The notes below the pieces were generated by a model, which searched no databases, had not been told where the DNA came from, and was given only the letters and a program-made list of their open reading frames with translations. A DNA stretch of 64,000 nt from assembly GCA_963764165.1 (NCBI GenBank), contig CAVXRD010000002.1, forward strand, positions 3,200,001-3,264,000. The letters are read 5' to 3'. The stretch comes from an uncultured Verrucomicrobiae bacterium (lineage in GTDB: Bacteria; Verrucomicrobiota; Verrucomicrobiia; Limisphaerales; Palsa-1400). Below are positions 59,419 to 64,000 of this stretch, one piece after another; positions within the stretch are counted from its first letter, which is position 1; the number at the start of each line of letters is the position of its first letter. Both the position numbers and the translations under genes were made by a program.

Positions 59419-62082
59419 ATGCGAATGCACTTAAAGGCAGTATTCTGTTTGCTTTTCCTCCTTCCTACATTAGCTCACGCGCACGCCGCTGGCGGCGCAG
59501 TTAGCGGCTTGCGCGATGGTTTCAATCATCCGCTTCATGGATGGGACCACCTTATTGTCATGATTGGCGTCGGATGGTGGGCGGCTCAACAACGGGGCCG
59601 CGCCGTGTGGTTGATTCCGTTGGTCTTCGTCGGCGTAATGATCGTCGGCAGAGTGGTCGGAGCAAGTGGGCTAACACTGCCAGGAGCCGAGTTGGCGATC
59701 TTATTGTCCGTGGCTGTGTTTACCGCTCTTGTCGTGCGAAAATCCAAAATGGAGCTGACCGCCAGCGTGCCGCTCGTTGGATTTTTCGCATTTTTCCACG
59801 GGTTCGCCCACGGCGAAGAAATGCCCCCGTCGGTAGGCGTTATCATGTTCGCCACCGGCTTTGTGCTGGCGACAGTCCTGTTGCATGCCATTGGGCTGGC
59901 GACGGGACGATTCATCGCCTTTTTGACGGCATTTGCCGTAGGCGGTTCCGCCGTCGCCCAAACAACAAATGCTTCCACCCATGTGCAAAATCCGTCGGCC
60001 ACAAACCAGCCTACTGTGCTTCCCGAAGTCGTGGTCACGGGCCGTCAAGACAGCATGATCGGCATTGCCAGTTCCGCATCGCAAGGAACCGTGGGCGCCA
60101 CTGAGATTCAGGACCGGCCAATCCTTCGTGCAGGGGAAATTCTGGAAACGGTGCCTGGGGTCATCATCACCCAGCACGCCGGGGGCGGCAAAGCCAACCA
60201 ATATTTTTTGCGCGGGTTCAATCTTGATCACGGCACCGACTTCGCCATTTTCCTGGACGACATGCCGTTGAACCTGCCATCCCACGCGCACGGGGAAGGG
60301 TATTCAGACATGAACACAGTCATCCCGGAGTTCGTGCAAAGGTTGAACTACGAAAAAGGACCGTATGACGCGGACGTGGGTAACTACGGTTCAGCCGGCT
60401 CCGCCCACCTAGAGTTTTACAAAACGCTGCCGCAGAATTTCATCACCGTGGAAGGCGGCACGTTTGGATTTGAGCGGGGTGTCTTTGGAGTTTCGGAAAA
60501 AGTCGGTTCGGGCAATTTGCTTTATGGCGGCGAAGCTTACCACGATGACGGCCCCTGGGTGCATCCTGACGATTATTCAAAGTTCAATGGCATTGTAACC
60601 TACAGCCAAGGCGACAACCACACCGGATTCAGCATCACTGGAAAGGCTTATCACGGAAAATGGAATTCAAGCGACCAGCTTCCAGACAGCGCAATTCCGC
60701 TGGTCGGTTATTTCGGAACGCTTAACCTCTCTGACGGTGGCAACTCAAGCCGGTATAGTTTGCAGGCTGAATGGCATCGGCAGGACGAGAATTCCGAAAC
60801 CAAAATCACGGCCTACGGCTTTTATTATGACCTCGATTTGTTTTCTGACTTTACCTATTACTTGACAGACCCTGCGCTCGGCGATCAATTCGAGCAGCAA
60901 GATCGCCGCTGGGTCGGCGGACTGGACGCGCGACATACCATTTTCAGCCAACTGTTCGGACATGAATCGGAGGCTTCCTTTGGTTTGCAAGCCCGCAATG
61001 ATTGGATTAATAATGGTCTTTACCAAACAGAAGACCGGAATCGCGTTAACAAAACGGATATTGACACCGGAACTATTCTGCCCGCCACAACCCAAGCAGA
61101 CCGATTCACCGACACAGAAGTAGGAATCTACGCTGAAGGCAAGGTCCAATGGTCGGAGAGATTCAGATCCGTTTTGGCTCTTCGCGGCGATCTGGATTAT
61201 TTTGATGTGACCAGCCTGAGCAATCCGGCTAATTCCGGGACATCCGCCACATTGCTTCCCAGCCCAAAGTTGAGTTTGATTTTTGGTCCTTGGGATAAAA
61301 CCGAGCTTTATGCCGAAGGCGGATTTAGTTTTCACAGCAACGACGGTCGCGGCGCGACGCAGACAGTCGAGCCGATCTCAGCCGACAACCCCAATCCCAA
61401 TACGCAGGCAACGAAGATCCCGGGCCTAATTCAAACCAAAGGCGCTGAAATTGGAGTTCGTACACTGGCAGTGCCGCATCTTCAAAGCACACTTTCGCTT
61501 TGGTATCTTTACAGCGATTCGGAGTTGCAGCAGGACGGAGACACGGGCGGAACTATTGCGTCAAAGCAACCAAGCAATCGGTATGGCGTGGAATGGGCCA
61601 ACTATTTCACGCCGCTGGAACACCTCACTCTGGATTTTGATGCGGCTGAATCAGTGGCGCGATTTACCTCCGCTGACAGTGACGACGCGGCCCCCGTTGC
61701 CCCCGGAAGCGTCACGCTGGGTTCCGGCGGCACACGTGTGCCCGAAGCAGTGGGAGCCGTGCTTGCGGCAGGCGTTACTCTGCACGACTGGCACCGGTTC
61801 TCCGCCAGTCTGCGCCTGCGCTACTTTGGCCCTCGTGATTTAACTTCAGACGGCATTTACCGTTCGAGTGCTACCATGCTGCTGAACGCCGAAGTCGGGT
61901 ATCAATTCAACAAGACCTGGCGCGTCTCAGCAGAATTATTGAATCTTCTTGACAGTCGCGATCATGATATTGATTACGCTTATGTTTCTCGGGTGTCGCC
62001 AGCATTACGGCCAGCATTTAGTGATGTCTTTCATCCGGTAGAGCCGTTTCAACTGCGGATTGGAGTAACGGCAAAATTTTGA
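59419..62082 (+). CDS. HupE/UreJ-family membrane domain fused to a TonB-dependent receptor
   Basis: AHAHA..GFNHPLHGWDHL..FAFFHGFAHGEEMP..LLHAIG (HupE/UreJ), then LPEVVVTG, TQHAGGGKANQYFLRGFNLDHGTDF, C-terminal HPVEP..KF. Confidence 0.9.
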   Translation: MRMHLKAVFCLLFLLPTLAHAHAAGGAVSGLRDGFNHPLHGWDHLIVMIGVGWWAAQQRGRAVWLIPLVFVGVMIVGRVVGASGLTLPGAELAILLSVAVFTALVVRKSKMELTASVPLVGFFAFFHGFAHGEEMPPSVGVIMFATGFVLATVLLHAIGLATGRFIAFLTAFAVGGSAVAQTTNASTHVQNPSATNQPTVLPEVVVTGRQDSMIGIASSASQGTVGATEIQDRPILRAGEILETVPGVIITQHAGGGKANQYFLRGFNLDHGTDFAIFLDDMPLNLPSHAHGEGYSDMNTVIPEFVQRLNYEKGPYDADVGNYGSAGSAHLEFYKTLPQNFITVEGGTFGFERGVFGVSEKVGSGNLLYGGEAYHDDGPWVHPDDYSKFNGIVTYSQGDNHTGFSITGKAYHGKWNSSDQLPDSAIPLVGYFGTLNLSDGGNSSRYSLQAEWHRQDENSETKITAYGFYYDLDLFSDFTYYLTDPALGDQFEQQDRRWVGGLDARHTIFSQLFGHESEASFGLQARNDWINNGLYQTEDRNRVNKTDIDTGTILPATTQADRFTDTEVGIYAEGKVQWSERFRSVLALRGDLDYFDVTSLSNPANSGTSATLLPSPKLSLIFGPWDKTELYAEGGFSFHSNDGRGATQTVEPISADNPNPNTQATKIPGLIQTKGAEIGVRTLAVPHLQSTLSLWYLYSDSELQQDGDTGGTIASKQPSNRYGVEWANYFTPLEHLTLDFDAAESVARFTSADSDDAAPVAPGSVTLGSGGTRVPEAVGAVLAAGVTLHDWHRFSASLRLRYFGPRDLTSDGIYRSSATMLLNAEVGYQFNKTWRVSAELLNLLDSRDHDIDYAYVSRVSPALRPAFSDVFHPVEPFQLRIGVTAKF

Positions 62083-62151
62083 AGGAGCGCGGCATGCCCT
62101 CGGCTTCTCATCTGCGAGATTTCCGGCTGCTCGGCAACAAGATAGATCACA

Positions 62152-62478
62152 TTAAGTGACGCTTTCTGAATGGGGAGGTTCGGGCGGGGACTGTTGTCGC
62201 CGCTCCCGCTTAAGCCTCCAGTATTTGGAAAGTTCTTTCGTGGCCTTATGAAGCCAGTCGCGGTCCGTGGCCAGTCGAAGGATTTCCACTGCAGCAAACC
62301 ATTTGGGAGCGTTGGGCGCGGGGTCCCCGAGCGGTTCGAGTTTTCCAGTTGCGATCAAGAGTGGAATATCGTGCTCCGCAAAGCCGAGCAACCGGGCCGT
62401 TGCGCCGACGTCGAGACGGGCGGGCAAGTCTTTTGCCGCCCATGTCGAAATTGCCGTTTTTGTCAATTCATCGACCAT
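62152..62478 (-). CDS. Small HTH/excisionase-like DNA-binding protein
   Basis: LPARLDVGATARLLGFAEHDIPLLIATGKLEPLGDPAPNAPKWF. Paralog at 54392. Confidence 0.65.
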   Translation of the reverse strand: MVDELTKTAISTWAAKDLPARLDVGATARLLGFAEHDIPLLIATGKLEPLGDPAPNAPKWFAAVEILRLATDRDWLHKATKELSKYWRLKRERRQQSPPEPPHSESVT

Positions 62479-62509
62479 CTTTCATTGCGGGTATGAATTA
62501 TTATTGCGG

Positions 62510-63385
62510 TTAAATCGCCCCTGCGTCGCTTTGGATGGCCACGAGGAAAGGAACTAGCAAGATTAAACGCCAATCCCACCCTTTGACCTTGGAACCGACA
62601 TCCGCTTTCGCCGCTTCAATTCCAATGCCCGCCGCCGTATTGTAGGTTGCGGCCAGCTCGTAATCCATGCGGAAGTAACCGGAATACTGGCAAATCTGTC
62701 CCGGTTGTCCCGAGAACGGTTCAGGATACGCCGCAAACCGAAAGATCTTGGGCGCAGCAAATGGGCCCACCCGTTTCTTTCCGATGTTGACCACGTAAAT
62801 AAATTCCTGGGTGAACGAGCGAAACATCTTGTCGACGTTCTGCGGTTGTTGCGTATAAACATAAATGTCGTCCCCCAATTTCCTATGCTGAGAGAGATAG
62901 AAAGGAAACTCATCCGGGGCATCCGCGTATTTTCGGACGTTGTAAAACAATTGCAGTTCGTCGAGGTGATAAATAACGCCCTGCCCTGAGAATCTTCCGC
63001 CCTTGAGCCATTGCGAGAAATCGAGGCAAACCGGATTGCGGCTCCCTTTTTCGCGTTCCAGCCGAGGCACATTGTTTGCCTCCTGATGGCGCACGCGATA
63101 AAATTCCGCCAATTCTCCCTCATCCAAAATCCGAATCCGCGAAGGCTGAAACACCATCCCATCGGCATCCGCCTCTTCTCCCGGCAAAGCGGGCCGACGA
63201 TGATCGACCAGGCAGATGTCTTGTGCCGGAAAGCGCTTCGACAGAAAGTCCTGCAAGGCCGCTAGATTCACGGGCAGATTTGTCACGATAAGCCTGTCAT
63301 CGTGAAGCAGTTGGTCCAGAATGGACACCATGCCCCGGTAAGACTTGCCCGCTCCCACTTTCCCGCAGATGAAGTAAAGGCTCAT
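62510..63385 (-). CDS. Zot/pI-like ATPase (filamentous-phage morphogenesis family), possibly C-terminally truncated
   Basis: GKVGAGKSY Walker A at the N-terminus, IVTNLP, LDELQ Walker B, QHRKLG.DI..TQ, then a TM segment and an immediate stop. Confidence 0.82.
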   Translation of the reverse strand: MSLYFICGKVGAGKSYRGMVSILDQLLHDDRLIVTNLPVNLAALQDFLSKRFPAQDICLVDHRRPALPGEEADADGMVFQPSRIRILDEGELAEFYRVRHQEANNVPRLEREKGSRNPVCLDFSQWLKGGRFSGQGVIYHLDELQLFYNVRKYADAPDEFPFYLSQHRKLGDDIYVYTQQPQNVDKMFRSFTQEFIYVVNIGKKRVGPFAAPKIFRFAAYPEPFSGQPGQICQYSGYFRMDYELAATYNTAAGIGIEAAKADVGSKVKGWDWRLILLVPFLVAIQSDAGAI

Positions 63386-63387
63386 GG

Positions 63388-63684
63388 CTCGGGGTTATTG
63401 CCTATATTCCCGTCATCACATTCTGGGCTTTGGATGGCTTTTTCCTCTCGCAGGAAAAGCAATATCGACGGCTCTACTCTGACGTTGCTGCCAAGAAAGA
63501 GGCGGATATTGACTTCAACATGGACGCTTCGAAGTTCGAAAGCGAAGTCGGTGGTTGGTTTTATTGCGCCTTCACCAAGACACTCGCTCCGTTTCACGGC
63601 GCGCTATTATCTACCGTTGGTCTGGTCACGTTCGGTCTATTAATGAGGATTGTTTTACAACTTCTTCCGGGTTATGCCAAATAA
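63388..63684 (+). pseudogene. 5'-truncated multi-TM protein of a type found next to TIR genes
   Basis: In frame LGVIAYIPVITFWALDGFFLSQEKQYRRLY..IDFNMD..TLAPFHG plus TM. In-frame TGA at 63370, no N-terminal half. Confidence 0.55.
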
Positions 63685-63698
63685 CCAAAACACTTGAT

Positions 63699-63968
63699 AT
63701 GGCAAAACAAGTATTTTTCAGTTTTCATTACGACGATGTAAAGACGTTTCGCGCGAACGTCGTTAGAAATCACGGCTTTACAAAAGAAAACGGACAAGAG
63801 GCAGGCTTTTTTGATGCATCTATTTGGGAAGATGCGAAGTTGCATGGTGCCGATTCGGTAAAGCGGCTAATAAACGCAAACCTGGATGGATCAACCGTAA
63901 CCTGTGTTTTAATTGGCACAGGAACCTGGAGTAGGCGTTGGGTGCGGTATGAAATCCTAAAGAGCTAG
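63699..63968 (+). pseudogene. ThsB-like TIR domain (DUF1863/MTH538), truncated at 89 aa
   Basis: KQVFFSFHY.D..RANVVRN..GFFDASIWE..TVTCVLIG..TWSRRWVRYEI, then TAG. Confidence 0.8.
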
Positions 63969-64000
63969 AAGGCACATAATTGTATGTCATTCATTATAAG

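Noticed and set aside
1..64000. CRISPR array or rRNA
   Set aside because: No regularly spaced repeats and no rRNA-like sequence seen.

Overview
This 64-kb bacterial window is almost entirely accessory DNA. Gene content (TIGR02999-type ECF sigma factors with TPR/kinase tails, the integrase and small HTH families) suggests Verrucomicrobia; that assignment is an inference. Six blocks are visible. (1) 1-16.9 kb: two ECF-sigma-headed operons. The first holds a haloperoxidase-like hydrolase, YcaC, an alginate-export porin, an amidohydrolase and acetolactate decarboxylase/synthase. The second holds two beta-barrels, a keto-acid decarboxylase and a 2-hydroxyacid dehydrogenase. A MITE and an ALDH-TPR chimera lie between them. 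(2) 16.9-23.9 kb: an Mla/MCE lipid-transport operon with an MlaA-lipase fusion, plus an LLM oxidoreductase. (3) 24-27.5 kb: IS630 and decayed genes. (4) 27.6-47.2 kb: a metal-starvation island (ZIP, two ABC systems, three DUF3299 genes, COG0523 GTPase, MerC, Fur/Zur, MntR, two TonB receptors). Three of its transcription units begin with paralogous His-rich membrane leader peptides; two end in the RAPP ribosome-arrest motif and the third has a frameshifted RGP-type tail. TGCAA-N5-TTGCA operators overlap their starts. This is the best candidate for an undescribed regulatory system. (5) 47.2-52.4 kb: a LysR redox/detox cluster in which three unrelated genes share a triplicated ~135-bp leader. (6) 53-64 kb: integrative-element DNA, with IS5, ParB-HARE-HTH, DUF5131, a tyrosine integrase next to a tRNA 3'-end att site, a HupE/UreJ-TonB receptor fusion, a Zot/pI-like ATPase and a truncated TIR plus membrane-protein pair. 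All family calls come from motif recognition; no database searches were run.
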